From a virus: a DNA stretch of 64,000 nt. The stretch lies in IMG/VR virus record IMGVR_UViG_3300027762_000001; one strand, given 5' to 3'. The notes beneath the pieces are model-generated. The model did not search any database and was not told the DNA's origin. It was given only the letters and a program-made list of their open reading frames with translations. Positions 20,256 to 29,695 of this stretch are shown here, piece after piece. The position numbers were made by a program, and so were the translations under genes. Every line of letters begins with the position of its first letter. Position 1 is the stretch's first letter.

Positions 20256-20581
20256 AAAAAATGAAGGCAATGTTAGCACAACCTATGGCAGGAAAAACTG
20301 AAGAGGAAATAGTTGTAACGAGAGAGAGGGCAATAAAAGTGCTCGAAGAAAAAGGATATGAGGTTGCTAACACTTTATTTACTGATGAATGGTATAGTCA
20401 AGACAAAATGGAAGAACGAGGCGTTGTTCAAATTCCTCTATGTTTTCTTGCTAAGTCACTCGAAAACATGAGTCTTTGTCATGCTGTGTATTTTTGCAAA
20501 GGATGGGAAGACGCAAGGGGTTGTAAGATTGAGCATGAGGCAGCAGTAGCGTATGGTTTAGAAGTTATTTATGAAGAATAA
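20252..20581 (+). CDS. DUF4406 / nucleoside 2-deoxyribosyltransferase-like protein
   Basis: AQPMAG, CHAVYFCKGWEDARGCKIEHEAA. Confidence 0.8.
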   Translation: MKKMKAMLAQPMAGKTEEEIVVTRERAIKVLEEKGYEVANTLFTDEWYSQDKMEERGVVQIPLCFLAKSLENMSLCHAVYFCKGWEDARGCKIEHEAAVAYGLEVIYEE

Positions 20582-20752
20582 AATGAGCTATCTTATGTTG
20601 AGTGACCTCATTAAACTTATTTGCACAATTTTATATTTAATTATATTTTTAATTTCAATAGGTTATCTTATTGGTAATTTGATTCGTATTTTTTTATATT
20701 AAATAATCATTTGTATGAATGGGGATCTAAAAAAATAAAGGAGGTGTAAGTC

Positions 20753-23700
20753 TTGAGCTTTGTTCATTTGCATGTTCATACAGAATACTCTTTAGCAGAT
20801 TCATCACTTAGAGTGAGAGAATTAGCTAAAAGAACTAAAGAGATGGGTATGGATTCTATTGCAATTACAGACCACGGATTTTTATATGGAGTAGTAGATT
20901 TTTATAAGGCATGTAAAAAAGAAGGTGTAAAGCCTATCATAGGAATTGAAACTTATGTTGCTCCAAGGTCTAATTTAATGAAAATGGCAAAACTAGATGA
21001 TGCAAATTACCATCTAGTTTTGTTAGCTAAAAATAATGATGGTTATAATAATTTAATTAAGATTGCATCAGATGCTGCAATAAATGGATTTTATTATAAA
21101 CCAAGAACTGACAAACATAAGCTAAGAGAATTTAGTAATGGTTTAATTGCTCTCAGCGCATGCATAGGTGGAGAGGTTCAAAAGTTTTTATTAAAATCCT
21201 TAGAAGATAGTATTCATTATGAAACAGCTAAAGATATAGCACTTCAATATAATGATATATTTGGTCAAGGTAATTTTTATTTAGAACTTCAAGACCATAA
21301 GATGGAAGAGCAGATACAGGTAAATAGACTACTTTTAAAACTAAGCAGGGAAACTAATATACCTTTGGTTTGCACTAATGACTGTCATTATCTAGAAAGA
21401 AAAGATAGTAAGGCTCATGATATATTAATGGCAATACAGGCTAAGACAACAATTAAAGATACTAAAAGAAAAATGTATCCATCTGATGAATTTTATTTAA
21501 AAAGTCCAGAAGAAATGAAAAATATATTTGGACACATTCCAGAAGCAATAGAAAATACTATCAGGATTTCTGATATGTGTAATGTTGAGTTTGAATTTGG
21601 AAAAACTAAACTTCCTCACTTCGATGTTCCAGAAGGCTACACTCCAAAATCTTATTTAGAAGATTTAGTTTATAAAGGTGCTAAAGAATTATATGGAGAA
21701 ATAACAGATGAGATAAATGAGAGGATTCAATTTGAATTATCAACTGTAGAAAGAATGAACTACATTGATTATTTCTTAATAGTATGGGATTTTGTAAGAT
21801 ATGCCCGAGAAAGGAAAATATTGGTAGGCCCAGGCAGGGGTTCTGCGGCAGGCTCTATAATGGTTTATTGTTTATATATAACAAGGATAGACCCACTTAA
21901 ATATAATTTACTATTTGAAAGATTTTTAGATCCAAGTAGAATAAGCCTTCCTGACGTTGACATTGATTACCAAGATGACCGAAGAAATGAAGTAATAGAA
22001 TATATTGTAAATAAATATGGTAGAGATAGCATTTGTCAGATAGCAACATTTGGCACTATGGCGGCAAGAGCTGCTATAAGAGCAGTAGGTAGAGCATTAG
22101 ATTACTCTTATGCAAAGCAAGACTCTACAGCTAAAATGATACCGATGGAGCAAGGAATAACGATAGAGAAGGCATTATTTGTCAATCTTGATTTAAAGCA
22201 AAAGTATGATACAGAAGAAGATACAAGAATACTTTTAGATAATGCTATCGCTTTAGAAGGTCTTCCTCTTTATATTGGAACTCATGCTGCTGGAGTTTTG
22301 ATAACAGACAGTAAAGGTGTTAATGCTCATGTGCCAACTTGTATGACTGACAAAGGAATTGTAAGTCAGTTTACAATGAATATCTTAGAAGAGTTAGGCC
22401 TTTTAAAAATGGACTTTCTAGGCCTTAAAACTTTAACAGTTATAAGTGATACTATAAAGTGGGTTAAGAAGAATCATGATGTAGATATAAGCTTAGATGA
22501 ACTCTATAAGTGTCAAGATGATAAACCTCTACAAGTTATAGGCGAAGGTCACACTTTAGGTTTATTTCAAATTGAGGGACAAGGTATGACTGAGTTTATG
22601 ATAGAATTAAAGCCAAAAACCCTTGATGAATTAATTGCCGGTATATCACTTTATAGACCGGGTCCAATGGATTTGATTCCTAGCTTCCTCTCCAATAGAA
22701 GAAATGAACAGAGAATAGAGTATGACTTTGAAGAATTAAGACCTATCTTAAAAGATACTTATGGAATACTTTGCTATCAGGAACAATGTATGAGAACTGT
22801 AATAGCTTTAGCAGGTTATCAAAAACATCACTCTGATAGTTTCAGAAAAGCTATAAGTAAAAAGAAAGCTGACTTAATAGAACTTCATAGAAACTATTTT
22901 ATTTACGGAAGAGAAGAAAGATATGAAGATGGCAAGCTAATCGAGGATGCTATTCCTGGTGGAATTAAAATGGGTCATAATGAAAGTGATTTAAGGAAGT
23001 TATATGATAAGATGGAAGAATTTGGTAAATATGCCTTTAATAAAAGCCATGCAGCAGCTTATGCAGTTATAGGTTATTGTACAGCTTGGCTTAAGTATTA
23101 TTATCCTGTTGAGTTTATGGCATCTTTAATTTATTCTATAAATAAAGATAAGGATAAAGTTTCTCAATATATAAATCATTGTAGAAAGGACTTGGGTATT
23201 AAAATCATTCCTCCAAACATAAATACAGGAAGTTTAGAATTTGTTCCATATAAAGATAAGATGATATCATTTTCACTTCTTGTTAAAAATTGCAAGGAAG
23301 AAACTATAAAATCAATTTGTGAGTTAAAAGATAAGATAGAAAATATGTTTGACTTTTTTAAAGTGCATATGAATAATATTGATAAAAGCTCTTTAGAAGC
23401 CTTGATATCAATTGGTGCATTTGAAGACTTTAATATTAAAAGGTCTCAATATTTAGCCGCAGTAGAGGATATAGTAGATAAACTATCTAAGGCAAAAAAT
23501 TCAAAGAAAAGATTACAAGAGCCAAAGACAACAAATAGAAAGCCTAAAGATTTTATATTTGAAGAAAAATTTCCTTTAGATGAATTAATTCCTGATATTA
23601 ATGAGTTCCCTAAAGATGTTATATTAAGACTTGAGAAAAAATATTTAGGAGTATATTTATCTGGTCATCCACTAGATAAATATATGTATGCAGTCTCAAA

Positions 23701-24268
23701 CATATCTAACTTTAAAGCCTCTGACTTAGATTATATTGTAGATGAAGAAACAGGTGCTATAATGATGTCATCTAATAAAATATCTAATTATCAGCAGGTT
23801 AAATTTATAGCTGTATTAAATAATATTAAAGTTTTAACTACAAAGAAAAATCAATTGATGTGTACGGCAGAAGTCGAAGATTTAACAGGATCTACTAAGC
23901 TTTTAATATTTCCTGACCTTTACGCTAATATAAGTTCTAAATTAGAGAAAAACGAAGTATATGAAATAACAGGAAGATTAAGCATAAAATCTGACGAAGC
24001 TCCCTGTGTTATGTGTGAAGACGTGGAGGTAATATCTAAAGCATTAGTAAAAAGAATAATTGTAACAGTAAATAATGGTATAGAAGCAAGAGATGTTATT
24101 GACTACATTAAAGAATCTGACTCATTAGGATATACTCCAGTTTATATTTTATATGACTCTTTTAAAGTGTTATTGAAAAAGGAGTATTGGGTTGATTTGG
24201 ATTTCTTTAGAGATTACCTAAGTAAGAATCCTTTAAACTGTGAGGATATACAAATTTATGAATGGTGA
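20753..24268 (+). CDS. dnaE: DNA polymerase III alpha subunit (DnaE type)
   Basis: HLHVHTEYS PHP domain, GPGRGSAAGS, PDVDID, KMDFLGL, YAFNKSHAAAY, C-terminal OB fold. Confidence 0.97.
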   Translation: MSFVHLHVHTEYSLADSSLRVRELAKRTKEMGMDSIAITDHGFLYGVVDFYKACKKEGVKPIIGIETYVAPRSNLMKMAKLDDANYHLVLLAKNNDGYNNLIKIASDAAINGFYYKPRTDKHKLREFSNGLIALSACIGGEVQKFLLKSLEDSIHYETAKDIALQYNDIFGQGNFYLELQDHKMEEQIQVNRLLLKLSRETNIPLVCTNDCHYLERKDSKAHDILMAIQAKTTIKDTKRKMYPSDEFYLKSPEEMKNIFGHIPEAIENTIRISDMCNVEFEFGKTKLPHFDVPEGYTPKSYLEDLVYKGAKELYGEITDEINERIQFELSTVERMNYIDYFLIVWDFVRYARERKILVGPGRGSAAGSIMVYCLYITRIDPLKYNLLFERFLDPSRISLPDVDIDYQDDRRNEVIEYIVNKYGRDSICQIATFGTMAARAAIRAVGRALDYSYAKQDSTAKMIPMEQGITIEKALFVNLDLKQKYDTEEDTRILLDNAIALEGLPLYIGTHAAGVLITDSKGVNAHVPTCMTDKGIVSQFTMNILEELGLLKMDFLGLKTLTVISDTIKWVKKNHDVDISLDELYKCQDDKPLQVIGEGHTLGLFQIEGQGMTEFMIELKPKTLDELIAGISLYRPGPMDLIPSFLSNRRNEQRIEYDFEELRPILKDTYGILCYQEQCMRTVIALAGYQKHHSDSFRKAISKKKADLIELHRNYFIYGREERYEDGKLIEDAIPGGIKMGHNESDLRKLYDKMEEFGKYAFNKSHAAAYAVIGYCTAWLKYYYPVEFMASLIYSINKDKDKVSQYINHCRKDLGIKIIPPNINTGSLEFVPYKDKMISFSLLVKNCKEETIKSICELKDKIENMFDFFKVHMNNIDKSSLEALISIGAFEDFNIKRSQYLAAVEDIVDKLSKAKNSKKRLQEPKTTNRKPKDFIFEEKFPLDELIPDINEFPKDVILRLEKKYLGVYLSGHPLDKYMYAVSNISNFKASDLDYIVDEETGAIMMSSNKISNYQQVKFIAVLNNIKVLTTKKNQLMCTAEVEDLTGSTKLLIFPDLYANISSKLEKNEVYEITGRLSIKSDEAPCVMCEDVEVISKALVKRIIVTVNNGIEARDVIDYIKESDSLGYTPVYILYDSFKVLLKKEYWVDLDFFRDYLSKNPLNCEDIQIYEW

Positions 24269-24282
24269 GGGGAGATTGTAAA

Positions 24283-24537
24283 ATGAACATCACAGAAAAA
24301 GACATTTTAGCCGCGAAGCAAAAAGCTCTTAATCTAAGAGACAAAATCATTCAAGCAAAAGCAACATATGATGAGGTTTTAAAAAATATCGAAAATTGTA
24401 AAAAAGAACTTTTAGATTTAGGAGTTGAAGTTGATGAGGATTTAAGTGTTATAGATGAAAAGATAACTAAAATGGAGGAAGAAATAGAGAATCTTTATAA
24501 TTTAGCTGAAGAGAAAATTAAAAAATGGACCTTATAA
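24283..24537 (+). CDS. Small coiled-coil protein
   Basis: GAGGGGAG RBS, continuous heptads. Confidence 0.6.
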   Translation: MNITEKDILAAKQKALNLRDKIIQAKATYDEVLKNIENCKKELLDLGVEVDEDLSVIDEKITKMEEEIENLYNLAEEKIKKWTL

Positions 24538-24551
24538 AATTTTCAAGATTG

Positions 24552-24602
24552 TAGTATAAGTAATAAAAGAGACGAAATAGTTTTTTCGTTTCTTTTATTA
24601 CT
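24552..24602 (+). promoter_or_regulatory. Recurrent motif copy 2, overlapping a 19-bp hairpin upstream of thyX
   Basis: TAGTATAAGTAATAAAA; AGTAATAAAAGAGACGAAA/TTTCGTTTCTTTTATTACT. Confidence 0.6.
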
Positions 24603-24621
24603 GATTTTTGGAGGGATTAAA

Positions 24622-25359
24622 ATGAATAGTGTGAAAGCAAGTTTTTTTATTGAAACAAGAGTTGATGGAAGTGAAATTTTAAAACAAATTGAAACAGCGG
24701 GTAGAATATGTTATAAAAGTGAGGATAAAATAACAGCTACTTCGGCTAAAAGATTTGTTAAAAGTATTATTGAAAAAGGACATGAGTCCGTATTAGAGCA
24801 TGCAAATGTTACAGTTAGAGTTATATGTGATAGGGGAGTATCTCATGAGATAGTAAGACATAGGATGGCAAGTTATTCACAAGAAAGCACAAGATATTGT
24901 AATTATCATAAGGATAAATTTAATAATGAATTAAATTTTGTCACCCCTTGTTTTTGGTCAAGATATGATGATGATAATGATAAGCTTGTTATATGGCTTG
25001 AGACGATGTCATATATCGAAACACAGTATATGAAGCTAATTGAGTTAGGAGCCAAACCAGAAGAAGCTAGAGCGGTACTACCTAACTCCTTAAAGACTGA
25101 GTTATCTATGACTATGAATTTAAGAGAATGGAGACACTTTTTTAAACTTAGAACAGCAGTAGGTGCTCATCCTCAAATGAGAGAAATAACAATACCAATG
25201 CTTGAAGATTTCAAAAGATTAATACCAATAATATTTGATGATATCGAGGTGATTAGAGATGGTCAGCGTCCAAGAACTAGAGAAGATATTAGAGAAAATG
25301 AATCATCAATTTATAGTGAGGACAACGGAGAAGAAGCAACTTCTAAAGAAGAAGAATGA
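24622..25359 (+). CDS. thyX: FAD-dependent thymidylate synthase
   Basis: GHESVLEH, HEIVRHRMASYSQESTRY, MNLREWRHFFKLR. Confidence 0.96.
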   Translation: MNSVKASFFIETRVDGSEILKQIETAGRICYKSEDKITATSAKRFVKSIIEKGHESVLEHANVTVRVICDRGVSHEIVRHRMASYSQESTRYCNYHKDKFNNELNFVTPCFWSRYDDDNDKLVIWLETMSYIETQYMKLIELGAKPEEARAVLPNSLKTELSMTMNLREWRHFFKLRTAVGAHPQMREITIPMLEDFKRLIPIIFDDIEVIRDGQRPRTREDIRENESSIYSEDNGEEATSKEEE

Positions 25360-25894
25360 GTTAGAGGAAAGTATTAATGATATTGACATTGAAAGTTTAG
25401 AAAAATGTAATTTCTTACTTCAAAAAATGTCAGAAAAGCAAAGGGAAAAAGCTTGCATTAAACTACAGGAGCTTTGCACTTATGCTCTTCAATATTCATT
25501 ATCAGATAACTATGAATCAATTATTGAAATTACAAAGTATAGAAATAAGCCAGCTGTAAATTTATATATTAAAAAAGTAGGCTCTGATATGAAAACTTCT
25601 CCTGAAGATAGTAATGGTGGAGGTATAGTTGACATAATAAGTATGGCACTTAGATTTGTAACAATGCAAATTTTAGAGCCACAAATAGATGGACCTATAA
25701 TACTAGATGAGCCGTATAAGATGGTAAGTGAAGAACATATACCAATGATATCTAATTTTATAAAGAATTTATCAATTGATTTTGGAAGGCAAGTAATTTT
25801 ATGTACACATAATAAGTTTTTATCTCAAGTTGCAGATAAGCAAATATTTGTAACAATGGGTGAAAACAATAACAGCATAGTTGGGGAGGAATAA
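25259..25894 (+). CDS. SbcC/Rad50-like ATPase, C-terminal half
   Basis: Coiled coil, signature-like SNGGG, Walker B IILDEP, H-loop LCTHN; no Walker A. Confidence 0.8.
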   Translation: MVSVQELEKILEKMNHQFIVRTTEKKQLLKKKNELEESINDIDIESLEKCNFLLQKMSEKQREKACIKLQELCTYALQYSLSDNYESIIEITKYRNKPAVNLYIKKVGSDMKTSPEDSNGGGIVDIISMALRFVTMQILEPQIDGPIILDEPYKMVSEEHIPMISNFIKNLSIDFGRQVILCTHNKFLSQVADKQIFVTMGENNNSIVGEE

Positions 25895-25897
25895 GTA

Positions 25898-26107
25898 ATG
25901 GGCTTGAATTTTTTATTTGAGGAGAGAAATGTTTTTGTTGATGAGAGGTTAGAAAGATTTGAAAGGTTAAAGAAAATAAGAGAGGAAAAGATAGCAGCAG
26001 AAAGTATATTTAATGAAGTTACAGATCCTGATGCTATAGATTTTGCAATACACATGATAAATGCTGTAGAGAGAAAGGAAGAATTATTAAGAAAGGAAGT
26101 GCGTTAA
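25898..26107 (+). CDS. YaaL/DUF2508-like protein
   Basis: FNEVTDPDAIDFAIHMINAVERK. Confidence 0.7.
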   Translation: MGLNFLFEERNVFVDERLERFERLKKIREEKIAAESIFNEVTDPDAIDFAIHMINAVERKEELLRKEVR

Positions 26108-26110
26108 AAT

Positions 26111-26578
26111 ATGTTAATACCGGAGTTTGTACAAGACATTAAAAATGAAATATCAAAAAAAATGAAGCTTCAAGATAGGAGAGTTAAAATAATATCATCT
26201 ATAAAAAATGGAGAGGCATACTTTTTAAGAGATGATTTAACAAAAGAAGATGAAGCAAAAGGTGTGCAACAGGTATTAAGATATTTAAATGAATTAGATG
26301 AAATTGATAATAGTATAAATGATATTGATGTAATTATAGCTGTTAAGCTTGAGTCATTTTTAGGTGATTCTGTTATAAAAGCTACAGCGCCTGAAAGAAC
26401 CAACGATGCAGGAGATATTATTGAAAGGAATGATGTAGCGCTCACTCCTTTCAAGTCTTCGGACGCTTCATATATAGAACTTGTGCCTGATGATATTTGG
26501 TTTCTAAAGATTGTAAAAAAAGCATTAGCTGTAAAGAACGTAGAAATTATAAGTAAGGATAAATACTACAAAAAATAA
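26111..26578 (+). CDS. Hypothetical protein
   Basis: Continues the operon. Confidence 0.6.
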   Translation: MLIPEFVQDIKNEISKKMKLQDRRVKIISSIKNGEAYFLRDDLTKEDEAKGVQQVLRYLNELDEIDNSINDIDVIIAVKLESFLGDSVIKATAPERTNDAGDIIERNDVALTPFKSSDASYIELVPDDIWFLKIVKKALAVKNVEIISKDKYYKK

Positions 26579-26595
26579 CATCGGAGGAAAACAAC

Positions 26596-26745
26596 ATGAA
26601 ACGAAAACGTTCTAAACTTGCAAGGCAGTTAGTGAAATTTGTATTAAAAATAGCTGTGAGGATAGTAATACCATTATTAATTATGGCATGCGACCATTTA
26701 TCAAAAAGTCTTTTTGGAAAACCTATAAACGAGGCACCCTGTTAG
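26596..26745 (+). CDS. 49-aa basic/hydrophobic peptide
   Basis: GGAGG RBS; MKRKRSKLARQLVKFVLKIAVRIVIPLLIMACDH..., translated by hand. Confidence 0.55.
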   Translation: MKRKRSKLARQLVKFVLKIAVRIVIPLLIMACDHLSKSLFGKPINEAPC

Positions 26746-26760
26746 AACAGGCCAAATATC

Positions 26761-26777
26761 TAGCATAAGTAATAAAA
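26761..26777 (+). promoter_or_regulatory. Recurrent motif copy 3
   Basis: TAGCATAAGTAATAAAA. Confidence 0.55.
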
Positions 26778-26960
26778 GAGGGCGACCCACCTGGAAAGGG
26801 TAGCGCCCAGGTAGTAATAAATAACTATAGGTTGTAAGGAATCAATCGCGCTACCGGTGTACGAAGGTATACTGCCGACGACAGGATAATGAACCCTGCC
26901 AGTTGGACATTTTTTGGAGCTAACACCATGTAGCCCTACAGGGGCTATATGGTGTTTTAT
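26778..26960 (+). ncRNA. Unassigned GC-rich structured RNA
   Basis: Several GC-rich stems between a promoter-like motif and a terminator; no credible ORF. Confidence 0.6.
26922..26960 (+). terminator. Intrinsic terminator
   Basis: AACACCATGTAGCCC/GGGCTATATGGTGTT stem followed by T-rich tract. Confidence 0.7.
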
Positions 26961-26975
26961 GTTTACCTTAAAAAA

Positions 26976-26992
26976 TAGCATAAGATATAAAA
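26976..26992 (+). promoter_or_regulatory. Recurrent motif copy 4
   Basis: TAGCATAAGATATAAAA. Confidence 0.55.
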
Positions 26993-27045
26993 GAAATAGT
27001 ATTTATATTTTTTAAAATAAAATTTTATGAAAGGGTGTTATTTTT

Positions 27046-28011
27046 ATGAACGAAAGATTACAAAGTATAATTGATTACACTAAAGATGCAAGTTTCAACT
27101 TTAACAAAGGAAACCATGAGTACCCAGGTCTTTTATTTAAGAGAAAGGAAACAGGAGTATCGATGTTAGCCATTTCAAAATGGTTTATCGCTGAAATGGA
27201 AAATACGGGCATTGAACCAGAAACTGAATTCTACAGTTTACATTATGGAAAATGGGTAAATCAGCATCCTTTTCCATGGAGTACAGATTATATGATAAGT
27301 GCATTTGATAGGTTTGAGATTATGGGTAAGTTCACTTTAAGGCTTAACAATGTTTTAAACCACATAATGCAGTTAGATAATTTTACTGAATGTAATGATG
27401 TGAAAGAAGAGTCAAGAATAATAATATCAAGATATCAACCAGAGGAAAATCGTCAAATTATTAGCTTTAAAGATATTGGTGGAATACTACAATATAAAAT
27501 TGATATACTTCCAAAGCCATTTGTAATTTCAAATAATTCTGCTATTCCTCCTCAATACATAAAACCAGATACAAAGTATGTATGCGAGGTAATAGAAGAA
27601 AGAGAAGACGCTTATATTGTAAGCTGTTTGGAGCCATATGGAATAATAAGATTAGGTTTAAAGCATTCGCCTAAGGGATTTATACCTAGCGATATGGATG
27701 GAATAAATAGATTAAAAGGTATTCCTTTTAATTTAATACATTGCACAGATTTATTGGAGCCAAGAGACATAGATTTTCAGCCTATACATTTAAACTGTCT
27801 AATGTTCTTTCATTTAGCTAAAATGTTTACTATTTTAAATACAGAATTTATAGATGTATATTTTGGACCAGACCCAGGCAAAATAGATAGAGTTACTGGT
27901 AAAAAGCAGTTAGCTATAGTTATGCACAATGTTAAAAAATCAAAAGATGAGCCAACAATAAGAATTGCAATGCAAAGCTTAAATCAAGACTATGGTCCTC
28001 AAAGGAGTTAA
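27046..28011 (+). CDS. Putative divergent sliding clamp (DnaN-like fold)
   Basis: N-terminal ...YPGLLFKRKETGVSMLAISKWFIA and C-terminal IHLNCLMFFHLAKMF...IDVYF...IRIAMQSL follow beta-clamp strand/helix patterns; 321 aa, between dnaE and primase. Confidence 0.45.
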   Translation: MNERLQSIIDYTKDASFNFNKGNHEYPGLLFKRKETGVSMLAISKWFIAEMENTGIEPETEFYSLHYGKWVNQHPFPWSTDYMISAFDRFEIMGKFTLRLNNVLNHIMQLDNFTECNDVKEESRIIISRYQPEENRQIISFKDIGGILQYKIDILPKPFVISNNSAIPPQYIKPDTKYVCEVIEEREDAYIVSCLEPYGIIRLGLKHSPKGFIPSDMDGINRLKGIPFNLIHCTDLLEPRDIDFQPIHLNCLMFFHLAKMFTILNTEFIDVYFGPDPGKIDRVTGKKQLAIVMHNVKKSKDEPTIRIAMQSLNQDYGPQRS

Positions 28012-28014
28012 GGG

Positions 28015-28458
28015 GTGGTAATTTTGAATAGTATTGAAATTTTCAAAAATCGAATAAATAAGACTTACTCAAAAGTAACTTATGAATATTTACTCGACAA
28101 TGTTCTTTATTCAAAAAAGAATCCTGTAAAGCTAAGAGAAAGAGTTAGAGAACTTTATTATGATTTATTAGAATTCTCTGACACTCCAGATATTTATAGG
28201 ATGGCTGAAATGATAGACGATGAAAATATATTTATAATTATAGAATTTTATAAAGATAAATATACAGAAGAGGAGATAGACAATGTAATAGCTAGTTATG
28301 ACCATAATGTTGCTTGCATGTTAGATGAGTGGATTTATGAAATACTTCAAGATTGGGGATATTCTTGTTCTGGAGACCCTTTTTATATTTTTGAAAATAA
28401 AAATAATATAAATTTAAATCTTGTAGCTCAGAATGAATTGTTTGAAGGTTTTGATTAG
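28015..28458 (+). CDS. Acidic protein with C-terminal QNELFE motif (1 of 4)
   Basis: Ends LVAQNELFEGFD. Confidence 0.7.
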   Translation: MVILNSIEIFKNRINKTYSKVTYEYLLDNVLYSKKNPVKLRERVRELYYDLLEFSDTPDIYRMAEMIDDENIFIIIEFYKDKYTEEEIDNVIASYDHNVACMLDEWIYEILQDWGYSCSGDPFYIFENKNNINLNLVAQNELFEGFD

Positions 28459-28472
28459 AAAGTGGTGGTTTT

Positions 28473-29060
28473 ATGAATATAGTAAAGCAAGAAACTGGTT
28501 TAAAAAAATATAGCAATTATCAAGAACACATAAATGCAATTCTGGAAAACATTATACTTTTAGATAGCCCAGAAGATAAAAAGCTTGTAATAGATAAATA
28601 TTATGAGCTTTTGCATTCTAAAGAGAAATTGCCAGATTTTTCAGATTTACAAGAATATATTTTATATCATAATGAAGATATGTTCTGGGAAGCAGCAAAT
28701 ATAACATTCGCAAATGAGTATGATGGGCCTGATTTATTTAAAGATGAGTATGATGTTGATTCAACTATAGATGATATATCTTGGCACTACATGGAATGGA
28801 TGGGATATTATCACTATGACATAGTTGCAAGGTTAGAGCACATATTAAGAGAAGAACGTCTTTCAGTAGCATTCACTGTTAATGATGAAATTTTTGAAAG
28901 TGAAAAATACTATGACCCTTGGCTTTATGGTGATGTAACTTTCTTAATGTCTAGTTGTCAGAATGAATTATTTGAAGGATTCATAGATGATGGGTGTGCA
29001 TCATATGGCAGTTATTTAATATATTACGGTTCATATGAGGAAGGAGGTAAATCATGTTAG
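28473..29060 (+). CDS. Acidic protein with QNELFE motif (2 of 4)
   Basis: SSCQNELFEGFID. Confidence 0.7.
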   Translation: MNIVKQETGLKKYSNYQEHINAILENIILLDSPEDKKLVIDKYYELLHSKEKLPDFSDLQEYILYHNEDMFWEAANITFANEYDGPDLFKDEYDVDSTIDDISWHYMEWMGYYHYDIVARLEHILREERLSVAFTVNDEIFESEKYYDPWLYGDVTFLMSSCQNELFEGFIDDGCASYGSYLIYYGSYEEGGKSC

Positions 29061-29680
29061 ATATTGCAGTTAGAAATAATAGCTTAAATATTATTAATGA
29101 TTCTTGGCAAGATGTAATTAGCAGTTTATTATTGGAGCTTATAATTTATAATCCGGCACCTTGTTATGAGGAAGAAAATAATAAAAAAATAATAGATGCA
29201 TATTATAGAGCATTTGATATTCATGGAGGTAAAGTCGATATAGAAGATGTATTAAACGAAATATATGAATATAATTATGATATATTTATAAAAGTATCTG
29301 AGATTGAGGCAAGTTATGACCCAAACTTTTTTACTAGAAAAGATGATCATTTATATGAATCTTTAAACGACAAAATAATAGATAGTGCCGAAGGTTGGAA
29401 TGAATGTTATTACTACGATAACTTCTTATACTTAGATGATTATGTAAAAGCTTTATTCTACCAAAATAGATTCTTCTATCTAAATCCATATAGCTCATCA
29501 GACTATATATATTTTAATGATGAAACAATAGTTTTTAATAATTGTCAAAATGAATTATTTGAAGATTTTGATAAAAATTATCTTGAGACACCCCACATTA
29601 GAAATGTAGATGATTTACCTCAAAGTATTGAAATTCAAGATTATCTTGATAACTATCATAATTCATATGATGTAACATAA
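29054..29680 (+). CDS. Acidic protein with QNELFE motif (3 of 4)
   Basis: NNCQNELFEDFD. Confidence 0.7.
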   Translation: MLDIAVRNNSLNIINDSWQDVISSLLLELIIYNPAPCYEEENNKKIIDAYYRAFDIHGGKVDIEDVLNEIYEYNYDIFIKVSEIEASYDPNFFTRKDDHLYESLNDKIIDSAEGWNECYYYDNFLYLDDYVKALFYQNRFFYLNPYSSSDYIYFNDETIVFNNCQNELFEDFDKNYLETPHIRNVDDLPQSIEIQDYLDNYHNSYDVT

Positions 29681-29695
29681 AGGAGTTGATTAAAA

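Larger units (their letters stand above)
19812..20393 (+). repeat. ~158-bp direct repeat (19812-19969 and 20236-20393)
   Basis: Near-identical DNA at 424-bp offset. Confidence 0.9.

Noticed and set aside
20753-24268. Intein or intron in dnaE
   Set aside because: Length is normal for DnaE and no splice motifs are apparent
26778-26960. SRP RNA or a known riboswitch
   Set aside because: ATGAACCCTGCCAG loosely resembles SRP, but the GNRA-capped helix with AGCAG is missing; no riboswitch consensus recognised
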